From Callorhinchus milii (lineage: Eukaryota): a stretch of DNA of 64,000 nucleotides. The notes below the pieces were generated by a model. It saw nothing but the letters and a program-made list of their open reading frames with translations, was not told where the DNA came from and did no database searches. Location of the stretch: the NCBI RefSeq assembly GCF_018977255.1, contig NW_024704743.1:111788001-111852000 (forward strand), read 5' to 3'. The position numbers were made by a program, and so were the translations under genes. The first letter of the stretch is position 1. Each line of letters opens with the position of its first letter. This document shows positions 51,221-63,754 of this stretch, in pieces.

Positions 51221-53247
51221 CATCTGAGCCAGGTTTACAAGCCTGATCATGCTAGGAAAAGAAAACCGAAGGAAGTAAGGAGCTTTAGTATTTTGAGGTC
51301 GTGGGAAAGAATAAGTGAGTGAAGGAGTCAGTTTGCTGAGCTTTTATTACAACACAGCAAGCACATAAGGAGGAGGTAGTGTGCAATCGAATATTTGAAG
51401 CTTGAGACACAAAAGGGGGGCAGTTGGAGTAAAACTGATCTATTAGATACTGGAAAAATAAGGTAATAATAAACTAACAGGTCAACAAGAAGACAAAATA
51501 CATTTATGATATTCTGTCCAGAAGCATGAGAGAGTGCTACAAAAGCCACCAGATGTGGAATCAGCATTCAACTAAGTATTAACCAAATTTTGGCTTTATA
51601 TAGCAAAGAATAGCTGAGGGGAAAATAAATCTGGACATGAAAGAGGAAACCAAATTTCCTATTCAACAGTGGAGGAGATATGAGACTTTCATTTGAGATC
51701 AGTTGTAAGGGAAGGGTTCAAAGGATAAAAATAAAGAGGAGGAAAGAACAGGAAATGATGAATCTTGGGTTTCTGTGAAGGATAAAACAGTGGTGAGGGT
51801 GAGCTGATTGGAGTTGGACCTGGATGGAATTGAGATCAGAAGAAATAATAGATGCTTGAGAAATCCAGGTAAAAGTGGGAAGAGCCAGTAGAGGATGAAG
51901 CCAGGTTCAATGTTGTGTGTTCGGAGGCTACACTGGTTGTGAGTTTTTACTGTACTTACAAATGTTCCTTGATCTCAATTTTGAGAAGAGAACAAAGGGC
52001 TAAAAGAGATGTGAAGTGAGAGTATGGCTGGCAGATCCTGTATGCTCTGGTGTGTGACCTATTAGTACCTTCAAACAGAATGGCACAGCAAGTGGAAAAC
52101 TGGGAGTGCAGTTACACTGGGATTTGAACCTACTAGTTGGCAGCTTCCCAAAGGAGGTTTAGACCATACTATCAAGGGAGGGGGGGTTTGATCACCATAA
52201 TCTCTGACAGGAGCACTACCAACATCTTCAGCAAGGACAGAATAGAGGAAGGGGAAAGAGCTAAAAACTGAATCCTAGAATTTAACAATCCATTCACCCA
52301 TCAGGTTTTTCTCCACATGAGCCACCCAATTAACTGCCTTTTCTGCTCACTGCCCTCACCTTTTAATATTCCTCTTTTTCAACTATCTAATATTAAAATA
52401 TATGAACAAATAATTGATGGGCTCTGCCTCATTTGGAGCAGTGTGAGCATAATGATGGATGAAGGATTGAAGGTGGGGGTGGTCAGGGAAAAGGGAGGAT
52501 ACATGGGATTCAACAGAATGATTATAAATATGGTCTCATATCTATGAATGGAGAAAATAAGTGAAAGTTCTGATAACAGCATCAGGATATTGAAAGATCT
52601 TTAACACAGTCTGAGTGAGATGCCAATAATTCTACTCCAAGTGACTGAAGTTTCATTCACAAGTGACAGATCCTACAAACCATTCCTCCCACTGATCATG
52701 CCAGAATTTCACTAATCAAAAATAATCCAAAAATCAATAGATATTGACCGTTGATTGATATTTAAAAGAGTTTGAAGGTTCAAAGATTTCCATCTAACAT
52801 TGCTTTTGGTTTCAGTGCTATCAATCCATTACGTCAAACTCTGGCTCATACGAATCATCACACAGGAAAAGATCAGCATGGCCTGGCCTAGTTGATGCCA
52901 AAATGACTGCTCACTGCTGAACAAATAACCTCATAAATGTTAGATGCAGATAAAAACACTTTACAGTCTGAACCTTTTTAGTCTTTAAATAGTTATCTTT
53001 TCTTAAGCCCCTCCAACAAAGCATATTCAAAATATTCCTACTGATTTAAATTTTTCTTTTTTTCCGTTTTGCAACTTAAGGCAGCAACTCACAATGAAGT
53101 CCTGTACAGTCCACGGGGACTGAAGAGGCTGCTGGTCCCTCTCTCATGTGCCCACTCTTCCTGTGAGTGTAGGTAGCAAATGGCAGCATATCTGACCATG
53201 GGAAGTATACAGCCAAGTCCGATCCTGACATCCACAAAATAATAACA

Positions 53248-53345
53248 TGATAATAATCCTTTGCATTTAATATAACACCTTATCACATTGTCAAAACAGC
53301 TCAAAACATTTCTCGGAATGTATTGTGAAACGTAGTGACTGTGTA
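53248..53345 (-). mobile_element. SINE tail fragment
   Basis: taataatcctttgcatttaatataacaccttatcac. Confidence 0.65.
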
Positions 53346-55984
53346 TTTACAGGTGACACAAGAGCAGAAACCCTGGCTGAATTTTTCCCCTTCCCTAGCC
53401 CAGACCTGAGATCAGCAATTGCACTCACTCTGCCACCCCAGCTAAAATCAAATGAGATTTTGAGAGGTCCAATCTGAGACCTTCTTCATCTCTAGTGTAT
53501 GTGCCATTCTTTCACTTATAAAAATAACATAACTTTAATAAAATAATCCCTTTCCCTTTTGTACTGTTTTTCTGTGCTCTCTGTGTGTGTTGTTTCTATC
53601 GGGCTCTTCCTTTATCTGAGCATGCCATGTATATCTGTATTAATGTCCAAATCTATGCCTTAGGATGGATATCTTTCTTGATGCCTGTCGTTATTAAATT
53701 TTCAGTTTCTCTTTTCTGGACTTCGCACTGTCTTCACCTCACTCTGTATCTTTAACAAGACTCCTTCACTTATGCAGCTCAATCAAAAACAAAATCCGCC
53801 ACTGTTGCACTAACCAGACATGCAGCTGGAAAAAATACCCGAGTGCTCACAATGTGGGACTTCAATTCGCCTGGGTTCAGGTAAGTATTGAGATGCTAAT
53901 TTCCCTGTGTTTTTAATAGGATTGATGGTGGGACAAAAAAAATTGGAAATTGGGAGTCTCCCAAGACACGACCTCCCTCTCCAGCAATACTTGTGGGAAT
54001 GCCCGACAGATTCTGAATGGCCTCTAAGTTGAAAGGCAGAGGGCAACATATCGAGCACAAGCGAACCTTTCAGCGCTGTCCTCAACCAGCATCCCTGCCA
54101 TCTAATGACGAGTCATATTGTAACACACAATGACAAAGAAAATCAAAGCATTTTGTGTAACTTTCTTCTCAATCTCTATGAATTTTTTTTGCTGATTTAT
54201 TTCCAAATGCAACCTTTGTTCTCGAGATCATTCATAATTATTTGGCAGGCTGCCAGAGCCGAGAGAGCAAGCTTGGGGTCAGCAGTTAAAGGTTTCTATC
54301 AGGAAGACTGAATGAAAAGACTACTATATGGAGGTGTGATAACAGGGAGCCCGTTTCATGTAAAAAAAACATATAATTCCTTCCTCCAAACGGTTTTCAT
54401 TTCTGAAATTATTTGAAAACAAAGGAGAACAGCAAAAATATTCTGAATCTCCAATTCACAGTCATTTCTCCCTGCTATATCGTCAAGTTGTTGGGAGTTT
54501 TTTTTCTTAAAAAAATGGAATAGATGAACAAAGACAAACAGTGTTACAAATTAAAGGGCTGGTGAGTGCATTATCGTCTGTAAACGCCAAAATATCTTTT
54601 AACCAGTTTTTAATCCAATTGTGGAGAAAATGCGGTAGTTTTATAAACCTGAAGAGAGCTGCTGTGATTTTCAGTGTCTAAACTATTGTGGATTTGAAAC
54701 TAATGTAACAAATCGAATTGCACTGTTTTTGGACATTCTTTCCCTTCGCCTCCTCCTCCCTCACCCCCCATATGCTTTACTCATGGTGGAGAACGGTAGG
54801 CTATTTGCGAGATTTGTAAAATTCCATTAAATCCTTTAATTTGTGTTTTCTTATGGCGAATAAAGAGACCAGGAACCATTTACAATAACTATCTGCCTCC
54901 TCCACTGAATGATTAGAGTGCAAATCCCTCTGTTTACATTTAGCCTGTACGCTCCTGCCAAACTTCTATCATTTGACTGAAGTCTCCATTATTTCTAAAG
55001 CCTCCTCCAGTTCTCCAACGCTGGATACAAATCTTCCAGGATATTTTTTTTTCACGGTTCCAATCGCATTGAGATCAGCTCGAGGGAAGCGCCTCTTATC
55101 CTGGTAGCCGAGTGAAGAAGCACTTCTCCGAGTTTGATGCTGAACCTGATATGAAATACGAGTGGGACGCAGCAATAATCTGGACAATGACCGTTCTGGA
55201 GTCTGAGCTCAGTACTGAGGGCAGCAACTGAGATTGTGCAATACCATGTGCAGAATTAATGCAAGGATGTATTTGCTAATAGGAGTGATGGGTCAGAAGG
55301 GAGGTGCATTCTATCGAAGTACATTAAGCAGCTATTGTTCTGTCATATGTTTAAAAAATTAAAACTTTTACAACATTTTGGCTCTCGCATAGGACTTTTT
55401 GTGTTTCACAGATGGGAGTCCTTTTGTGAACGGTTATAGCATCAATTTCATCTCAATTTTATTTCAATTAAATTTTTACTTGCCTTCATTTCTCCTTGGA
55501 GTATCTCTTTTTAAAAAAAATAATTCTCATTACTTTCAATGCAATTTTAATCCAGTTGGAGCAGCAGAACCCTCAATGAGTCCGACCCTCCTGCCCTTCA
55601 CACTCCCCAGGGTCAGGTACCACAGCAGATAGGATCGTGAGCCTATTACCTCTGTCCCAATACAATGTGTTACCATGGAGATGAGGCAAAGCTATATTAT
55701 ATGGGTGGGATGTGTAGCTGAAGGTTTATATAGTGCGGATGAGTCTGAACACTGGGGCTCAGTGAGATCCTGAAACAGAGTCTGAGGATTTTGCTATTTA
55801 AAATGTGCCAGTTTAAAATATCTCTACATTATCCTTGGTAAGAATAAGACTGAGGACCATTTTTAAAAAAAAGTGCAGTTTGTGCTTTAACTCGGCGTTA
55901 ACCAAAGATGCAGAAATTGAAAAGGTGCTTTCATCATCAGCTCCGCACTGAGATTCTGTCCCCTGTGGCCAGTGCTACCCCCAT

Positions 55985-56140
55985 CTTGGGAGATTTACCC
56001 TCTCTTGCTGGGAGCCCTGGCCTTTTCTCCCCTAGGGTCTGCCTCTCTCCTCGAGGGGACTGACCCCCTCTCCGGAGGGGAGGTAGGGGGGATAACCCAA
56101 CCTTCTCTCCAAGGGACAGTGACCCTTTCTCCCAAGGGGA
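55985..56140. repeat. Degenerate ~20-24 bp tandem repeat
   Basis: Recurring unit of the form (t)tctcc-NN-aggg..(t)gaccc, about 6-7 imperfect copies. Confidence 0.5.
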
Positions 56141-56429
56141 GGAGGGGTGGATGGGGAGGAGGGGGAAATGGTACAGGTATTGCAGTAGTTGGGATGACAC
56201 ACTTTCGGGCAAGGAGATGTTATTTGCAAGTCCCGTTATCAATACTTTGCTTTCACTTCATGTTCACGCTGCAAGGATCTTGCAAGACAGTCTCTGGAAG
56301 ATTCTAACTTTAAAGTTAACTCAAACTGAGGTTATTGTGAAATCTGGAGCTAAAACCTGCAGTCACTAGCACCCTCCAAGGCCCGTGCTGCAGTTTAAAT
56401 GCAGGCACCTCTCACTCCCAACAACAAGA

Positions 56430-56830
56430 AGTAATTTATTGCATTTATAATAGTGACTTTCACATTGGGAGGATGTCCCAAATCGCTGGGCAGTTAAGAG
56501 TTTGCACGCAAGCAAAGGGGTTGGTGTCGAGAGGCGGGGGACCAAGTGGGGTGGGGGTGGGAAGATTGACCGAAGGCAAGGTCAAAGAGGAAAGTCTTGA
56601 GATGGATTTCGAAGGAGACGGGGGAGGGGGGCGAACAAAGTGATAGGACTCCAGGATAGAATTCCAGAGAGTGGGGGCAGGGAGAGAGACATGAAGCAGG
56701 CCAGTGCCTACCAAATGGAGGGAGTGGGGGGTTGGTAGGGTTTTGGAAAGTCACAGAGGTAGGGCGGGATAAGACCGAGGAGGGCTTTAAAGTGAGGATG
56801 AAAATCTTGAACTTGATTCTCTGGGGATAG
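56430..56830 (-). mobile_element. L2 LINE 3' end
   Basis: Minus-strand RIKFKIFILTLKP, GTGLLHV, APTLWNS, HLKTFLFDLAF motifs plus an L2-type tail. Confidence 0.82.
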
Positions 56831-58125
56831 GAAACCTAGTCTGACTATCCTCAAGACTGTAAAGCCCCTTGTAACATCATTGGTTCCCCCCCACCCCGCG
56901 CTTCAACATTCAAATTGATCTATTTTTTTCTGGATTGCAGTTAGACAGTAAAATAGGATCTCCAGCACATTTCTAACAAAAATGCTGACAGGTACAAGAC
57001 GACACTAACAAAAAGAAAATTAGCGATGCTTGTGTTAGCTTTGATCTTACGCAGTTGAAGTCTTCTTAACACAAAACAGCTGCTTCATTGGGTTTTTGGG
57101 CCTTTCCCCACACAAGGCAGCTCTGACTGGTTAAGGGTTAAACAAATGAGACAAAAACATATGATCATGAAGGTGATTCCCTGACTACGCTGTGTTCAGG
57201 ATTGGCCTCCTCTTTACTGTGGTTGTTTTAAAAGCGTGTATTTTGAGCAGGTTCTGTAAAACATTTAACTCCAGCTCTAACAGCTTAAGCTAATCAATAA
57301 ATAAGAGTACTTTTGACAACCAAAGTCTGAATGACTCGCATATAAGGGTCTTTTATTTCAACCAAAGATTCTAAAGTGCATAACAACCATTATCTAAATA
57401 AGCCCTTCTTGAGCACCCAATCTTTGCATCACCTTTGATCCAGTTATAATTAAAGCCAAAAGTACAGACGTCTCATTTAATTCCAATGTGGGCAGTTTTA
57501 ATGCAGAAAGTTTCGCATGTGGTTTTCAGCTCATGACCATCTGTTTCTGGATTTCATATATAAACAGGACACTTTAGGGAACAGAGATTAATTCAGCATT
57601 GGAATGCCATTCAAAACGTGTTAGCTGTTTCCCTCCGCCAGGTCAACCAAAGCAAAAACAACCTTGGTGCTCGGCTTAGAAGGTAGCATTACTATTAGAA
57701 ATATTGAACAATGCATTCTGACTAGTTTTATGTTTTAAATTACAGGTCTCCCTCAAATAAAACTATTAATCTTTTTTTTTGTCTCTGAACGTTTTACAGT
57801 CTTGTTACACTTATTAGCTGCTGGCAGCAAAAAAACTTTTAAATGAAAGCCAAATTGCTATAGTCATGAGAAAGGAAATTAAAGCTCACTCTGGGGGGAA
57901 AAATTTCACTGTGAGATCCTCCCAAGGTAGAATTTCATAACCTCCTGCATGCCTGCTAAAGATGTCACTGCTTGTAGGACTGCGTATGGTACTGATATAA
58001 AACGGAGGCTTTAATGGGAACAACATGTTTGTGTTGGAGAGATTAAGAACCAGTGTGTTTTACATTGCAGGACACGTTCTTGGTAGCGAGGGAGCAAGGA
58101 AGCAAACAGGGCAGTGGGTACTCAC

Positions 58126-58357
58126 CATACTCGTTTGGTGGGCAGTCTTTGACGAAGAAGATCTCACCGAGATTGTCCTCCTCTGATGCCAAGCCCTGCT
58201 GGTGTAACTGCAATCGGTGAAGGCTCTCTGTCTGCTGGTGTTTCAGAGACCGGGCGTGCTGGACCAGGTTTAGCTTGGCCTTGGTGGTATAGTTGCAGAG
58301 GCTGCAGTTGTAGTAGTAGAACTTAGAATTTGTCGTACTCTCGTGCTTCTGCAAGTG
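58126..58357 (-). CDS. ZFHX4: ZFHX4 internal coding exon (232 nt) encoding a C2H2 (matrin/U1-like spacing) zinc finger
   Basis: Minus-strand translation HLQKHESTTNSKFYYYNCSLCNYTTKAKLNLVQHARSLKHQQTESLHRLQLHQQGLASEEDNLGEIFFVKDCPPNEY contains C-x2-C-x12-H-x5-H. It closely resembles recalled ZFHX4 (..KLNLVQHVRSVKHQQTEGLRKLQLHQQGLAPEEDNLSEIFFVKDCPPNE..), more than ZFHX3. Acceptor cttgacttttcag|CAC (phase 0); donor TATG|gtgagt (phase 1). The ORF-track entry 58043..58387 runs into both introns. Confidence 0.93.
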
Positions 58358-58559
58358 CTGAAAAGTCAAGACCAGAAAAGAGGACAATGAGGGTAATGGG
58401 ACAGCTCTGGTTCCCTCCTGTTATTTCCAGCAGCCACCATTATTCCCTCATTCTGCCATGCCCATAGACAGAGTGGGGCAACACTTTTTTTGCAGTTTCA
58501 AGCAAGGTTATATACATGAAGAATATCATTTTATCATTAACTGTAGACTTAATACACTA

Positions 58560-58680
58560 TTTCGTCACAAAAAAAATTATACAGTCAATTCATTTCACAG
58601 TATATTTTATGAAGTGCTTTGAGATGTCTCGAAGACCTGATAAGGTGCTATATCAAATGCAAGGATTGTTATTACTATTT
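58560..58680 (+). mobile_element. SINE tail fragment
   Basis: atacagtcaattcatttcacagtata..tgataaggtgctatatcaaatgcaaggattgttatt. Confidence 0.8.
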
Positions 58681-59049
58681 GGATTAGGGTATTGGCCTGC
58701 TCAGTGTTGTGAAATACCAAACCTAGCAAACTGACAGAGATACCAGCAATAACTAAGAGTTACAGAAAATTGAAGCAACCTAACAAGGAAAAAAAACTGA
58801 GAATAACCAAACGTCAAACTATGACGTTTCATTAACATCAACACCAGATTTGAACAGAACCACACTGAGCGCAACTGAAGTATCCTACAGTTAATCCTAT
58901 TGAAAATCCTATAGGACTCCATAGGATACTTCACCTAATGAAGGATTTTTTTGCCAGATCTTTTGTTATAGAATCTAATAGGATCCAATAGGATAATGTT
59001 GAAATCCTCCTAGAATATTTTTTTAGGGGTAATAAGCATTCCCATTTGA

Positions 59050-59155
59050 AGTATAAAGGGATATTGGGAAAAGGCAGATGAATGGGATTAGAGAGCTTGT
59101 AGTGGTGAAGCTAGCACAACAGTTTGGAAGCCTGATCTCCTGTTATCTTGATGTT
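59050..59155 (+). mobile_element. CR1 3' end fragment
   Basis: ataaagggatattgggaaaaggcagatgaatgggattagagagc..gctagcac. Confidence 0.45.
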
Positions 59156-59237
59156 CACAGTTCCAAATACCTCAAGCATGTGCACACATCAAACGCATAA
59201 TACAGGGACTCTAACACACACACATATCTATACACGC

Positions 59238-59448
59238 CTAATAACAATCTCTCAAGAAAAAAAACAATAATAAAATTGGTCATTTCAATCCACGACTGTT
59301 TGTGGGACATTGCTGTATGCAATTAGCTGCTGCGTTTCACCCACAAATATACAGTCAATTTACTTTACAGTATATTCAGTGAAGCACTTTGAGATATCTA
59401 GAAGATGTGAAGAGCTCTATATGAAATGCAAGGATTATTATTATTATT
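59238..59448 (+). mobile_element. Young SINE 3' half
   Basis: Close match to 30345-30552. Confidence 0.85.
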
Positions 59449-60114
59449 ACTCACACCCAATGCACATCACCAATATACACATCTGTGCCTATGTATATGC
59501 TTGACACACTGAACACACACACGCATTTTATTTCTCCGAGGTTTCATTTGAATAAAATTCTATTTGGATTTCCACGAAAATAGCTTTTCTTTTGGGTAAG
59601 TCAACTTGGCCCCCTCACTCAGAATGGGTTTATTTTATGAAAGTTCTCTGTGTGCTAAAGCCTTTGTTTGTGCAAATGAAGGAAACTGGAGGAATCAGAG
59701 CCATGGTTTCTGTCCCTAGCTTGAAATCAGATATATTTGACGTGTTGGGTTTTTTCCAGTGTGAAATGCTTGAGCTAGAAGCAGTTCTAATTGCAGCGGT
59801 GCATGGCAGAGGCAACCCAGGGTTACTTTGATTGCTCAAACTTAGCATTTGTTCCAATGCAGTTTTTTTTCATAAAAAGTTTTATAAAGAATTGTGTTTA
59901 CGAAACAGAACAAAATGAACAGAGCAGCCGACACAAATCCGAGGCTCAGAATGAGAGACACGCCTCTTTGAGCACTGAGGCCTCTTTGCAGCTTTCAAAA
60001 TCAAAACATTTTGCGTTGCAAACCAACTGCAGTCGAGACATCCGTTCTCTTTATTTCTGACAATAAATTTCTTACGGCAGAATAAAAGGCATAAGCATAC
60101 CCGCTTGCCCCCAT

Positions 60115-60250
60115 CATTGTGCAGATTGGCTGCCATGTCTGCCCAAAAAACACACAATTACTCCGCTTTATAGTTTATTCTGTGAAGCGATCTTGGACGT
60201 TCTCCCTACGTGAAGATGCTATATCAAATGTAAGGATTATTATTATTATT
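60115..60250 (+). mobile_element. SINE 3' fragment
   Basis: tgtgcagattggctgcc..ctgtgaagcg..gctatatcaaatgtaagg(att)n. Confidence 0.75.
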
Positions 60251-62847
60251 ACTATCATCCTTACAATAGTTGGAATAAATGAACAAACATAACTCAAATA
60301 CATATTTATATTTTTCAAAATCTATTTTTAATGCAAAACAATGCTCAGACCTCCCAGTGCTCAGCATAGTTCGAATCTCAGGGCAAACACTGGCAACTTG
60401 ATGCCGTCTAATTTGGCCATCAATCCTTGATAGCGTAATACGTACTGAAGATAGTTGGTGGGAAACAATTTAAATCAGTAACCAAAATGCAAACTTTGAA
60501 ATTTACACCTGTACCGGGGAGGAGAGGGGACAAGGCTAAATGTTTGTAGATCTGACTCTAGAGCAAACAATCTGGAGGTGAGGCGAATATTACAAGTATT
60601 TAAACTTTTGACACAATACTAATCCCACACAATGAAGGCTGCTGCACTAAATCACAGGCTTACAGCACTCTTTTAAAAAAAACATAGCAGGAGACAACTC
60701 TCAAGTTCTGGAAGCTCACCTGTAAGTTAAGGTCCTTCATTGCTAATCCCCCAAATATATAATAGCAGAGACAGAGCATGAAGAAGACTGGTGTGGTTAC
60801 CTGAATAAAGTGCTGTCTGCAGCCTATTAAATATAAAGCAAATGTTACGAGCATTGCGTTCTCGCACAACTCTATGCTAAAATAACACGTTTAATTTGTG
60901 GACATCATCCTGAGGCTGGAATAAATAGAAAACCCTGGATTTACTGCTACAGCTTTATTCTTAAGGTACCGAAAGAACCTGAGGATTTTTGTCCACAACC
61001 ACAAAAGCGTTTTCTGCTGGGGAGATGAAATTAAACTCTATTTTCTTTTTCTCATGCAAATCTTGTAACTGTTTACTTCGATCAGTATGCAACCAATGTT
61101 ATCTCAAGAGCTGTTTTTTTACTGTTGGCAATTGTTAAGAATCGCTGGTCTTGCATGCAACATAAACAGGGCTGCCCTTTTCAGTATTCAGTATTTGATG
61201 GGACGTACCTGGCAGGACTTCTAAAGCTTGTTAATTAAAAATAAAGGCATGCAAGAAGAAGAAGATGAGGAAGGAGAGGAGAGGACGAAACAATTCCAAA
61301 CCACAACTGAATCTTCACAGGCGAACTTTGCAAATGATCCTCTACAAGGGAAACGTGGCAAAGAACAGCAAATCACTGTGATTCAAACTGGCCTGTCAGC
61401 TGAGTGGCCTAATTTGAAGATTTTTTTGTATTGAAGATGCCTCTCCAGCCCCCTCTGGCCTGATGTTGCTCCGTCTCAAATGTTCACAGCTGAGTTCTAC
61501 CCTCTGGCAAGCTGAGCATATCAAGTGTGCCTCCGCCACTCACAGGCTAATGAACAATGAACAAAAACAAAAGCACCCGCAAAGCCTTTATTATCAGATC
61601 TTCCGCAAAAACACAAAAACGTCCTTCTTTGGTGTAGAGGAAGTGCCAGTGAGCCTGCAGGTGTGAGGCCGCTGAAGAAAAGGCTCGACTAAATAGATTC
61701 TTTGATTGTCAGGGATTAGAGTCACAGTACCAGTGGTAACACACATCTTTTCCTTTAACTTACAAAATTTTCTCACGAGTCTGCAAGAGTTCACTCCATC
61801 AGGGGCTTTCTGAAACCATTGAAACATCTTAAGTTTTAATTAAGTTGAAGGTGTCGGAATAAAGCCTTTTTGGCATAGAATCAGAGTCATTAATTACTGC
61901 TATCTTTGTTTCTTTCAGCAGAAAGAAGGCTGTGCACTAGTTACATTACTTATCCAGGAACCCTTTACATCTCCCAGTTCATATTCACCTCGGAGCATGA
62001 CTTGATAAAGCAGTTTACCAATTACTGTACTTTTATTTGTGACACTCTGAGGATCCTGTTGACAAATCATGTGGTTAAACTGAAGTTTATGATGCTTATG
62101 GTATGGTAAGGTATTAAAAGGAATAAAACTGCAGCCCATTTACAAATGTAGCTTTCCGGTTTCCTAAGGAAGATCAAGCGGTTAACAAGGATAGAAAAAG
62201 CCTAGTCAAAACATTTCTTTCAAACTATTTTCCTTTTGAAATCAACAGTAATGCTGTTGGCAGCGTGTGTGTACTCGTACAAAACTGTTGTATTGCTGCA
62301 TTCTCTCTATGGGCACTTTGGCAAAAGTGAAAGGCTGTGCGGATTAAAGACCTGATTTATAAGGTTAAGGTAGTGCAGTACTGTTTGCAAGTTTCAGCTG
62401 CTGTTTGACCACAAACTGGAGGAATCTGGACATTTGTGGTTCCATTTACAGCACCTTAAAATAACTCTTTAACAGACAACCTCTTTCTTTTCTCACTCCC
62501 TAAAATATTAGTTTTAAAAAGCTTTTTCTTTTAAAAAACAGTGCAACAATGTACTGTAACTATGGAGATTTACAACATGGCACAGGCTTCAAGTGGACTT
62601 GGGTAATCTAAACGCTAAAAAGCAATTCAGAAACAATTCTACTCGGGGGCAAACCAATTCTACTCCAGTCACAATTTCTATAAATGCTGTAATGGTTCTT
62701 TTAAAATTGCTTATTTCGAACAAACTGAATTATGGAAAGAACTTGGCAGGATATCTAGTCCACACAGTTGACATGCAGAGATCTCGACATCATTGGGGGG
62801 GGGGGGGAAGGTGTGGGTGGAAAAATTTCTACCTTGCTATCAGGTAC

Positions 62848-63284
62848 AGCAGCCTGACTCAGTTGGCAGCACTCTCACCTCTGAAGGTTTGTGGGTTCAA
62901 GTGCTGCGCTACATGGACTTTGAGCTCATGGTTTGAGTTGACACTTCAGTGCAGTGTTGAGGGAAATGCTACACTCTGTCCTTTAGATGAGACATTAAAC
63001 CGAGGCCCCATCTGCCTGTTCAAGTGGATCTCACAGAACCCACAATGCTACAGAACCACAACACTATCTCAAAAAAGAAGGGAGTTTCTCTCAGTTTCCC
63101 AATAATAGTCCTCCAGTTAAAATTGATCATTTGTTTCATGGCTGTTTGTGGGATCTTGCTGTGGGCAAATTGACTGTTGTGTCTGCCTATAAATGCACAG
63201 TCACTAATCAACAGAAATAACTGTGAAGAGCTTTGAGATGTTTCAACGTGATCACACACAAATCAAATGCAAGGATTATTATTT
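62848..63284 (+). mobile_element. Old Deu-domain SINE, full length
   Basis: Head gactcagttggcagcactctcacctctg..tgggttcaag; core agatgagacattaaaccgaggcccc; tail aaatgcaaggattatt. Confidence 0.82.
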
Positions 63285-63371
63285 ATCCTTATATTTATAT
63301 TCTCACCTGTACCCATATATATTGGAATGTTTCTTCTTGAAATTGCAGGCAGTGCAATAGAAGGAAGGAAG

Positions 63372-63754
63372 CACCTACATTTTTGCTGTCCCATCTTGTT
63401 GAAACATTTCAAAGCACTTTGCAATAGTTACTATCAACTACTGTGACATTTTTAAGGCAATCACAGTAGGCATTTTGCACACAAGAAAGTCTTGCAAACA
63501 ATCACGAGGTCAATCACAGCAATCTAGAGGATCTCTGATCAGAACAACCCCCTTCTCTAACAATGTGAGGAAACTTTTAACAATGACCTGAAGAACAAGC
63601 AGACACGACCGTGATTTAATATCTGCTCAAAAGACAGCACCTCCAACTATGTGGCATTCTTTCCCGCCCCATCCATATTACGAGCATCAAGTCACAATGT
63701 GAACTCAACCTTCTGATCCAGAGAAGAAAGCACTATCACCTGAAGCAAGCTGAC
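63372..63754 (-). mobile_element. Old Deu-domain SINE, highly diverged
   Basis: Reverse complement of the tail, core (tttaatatctgctcaaaagacagcacctcc) and head (aaccttctgatccagagaagaaagcacta). Confidence 0.6.

Larger units (their letters stand above)
4143..58125 (-). other. ZFHX4: Large ZFHX4 intronic interval (~54 kb); may hide a small exon
   Basis: Bounded by the GT donor at 58125-58124 and the AG acceptor at 4144-4143 on the minus strand. No other ORF inside it resembles a host protein. Confidence 0.8.

Noticed and set aside
8300..63754. Recurrent KCKDYYY / VRNWLP peptides across many short ORFs, suggesting a gene family or array
   Set aside because: They are translations of the dispersed SINE tail. 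Spacing is irregular and both strands are used, so this is neither a gene family nor a CRISPR array.
8300..63754. SINE orientation bias (about 17 plus versus 10 minus)
   Set aside because: The counts are too small to distinguish from chance.
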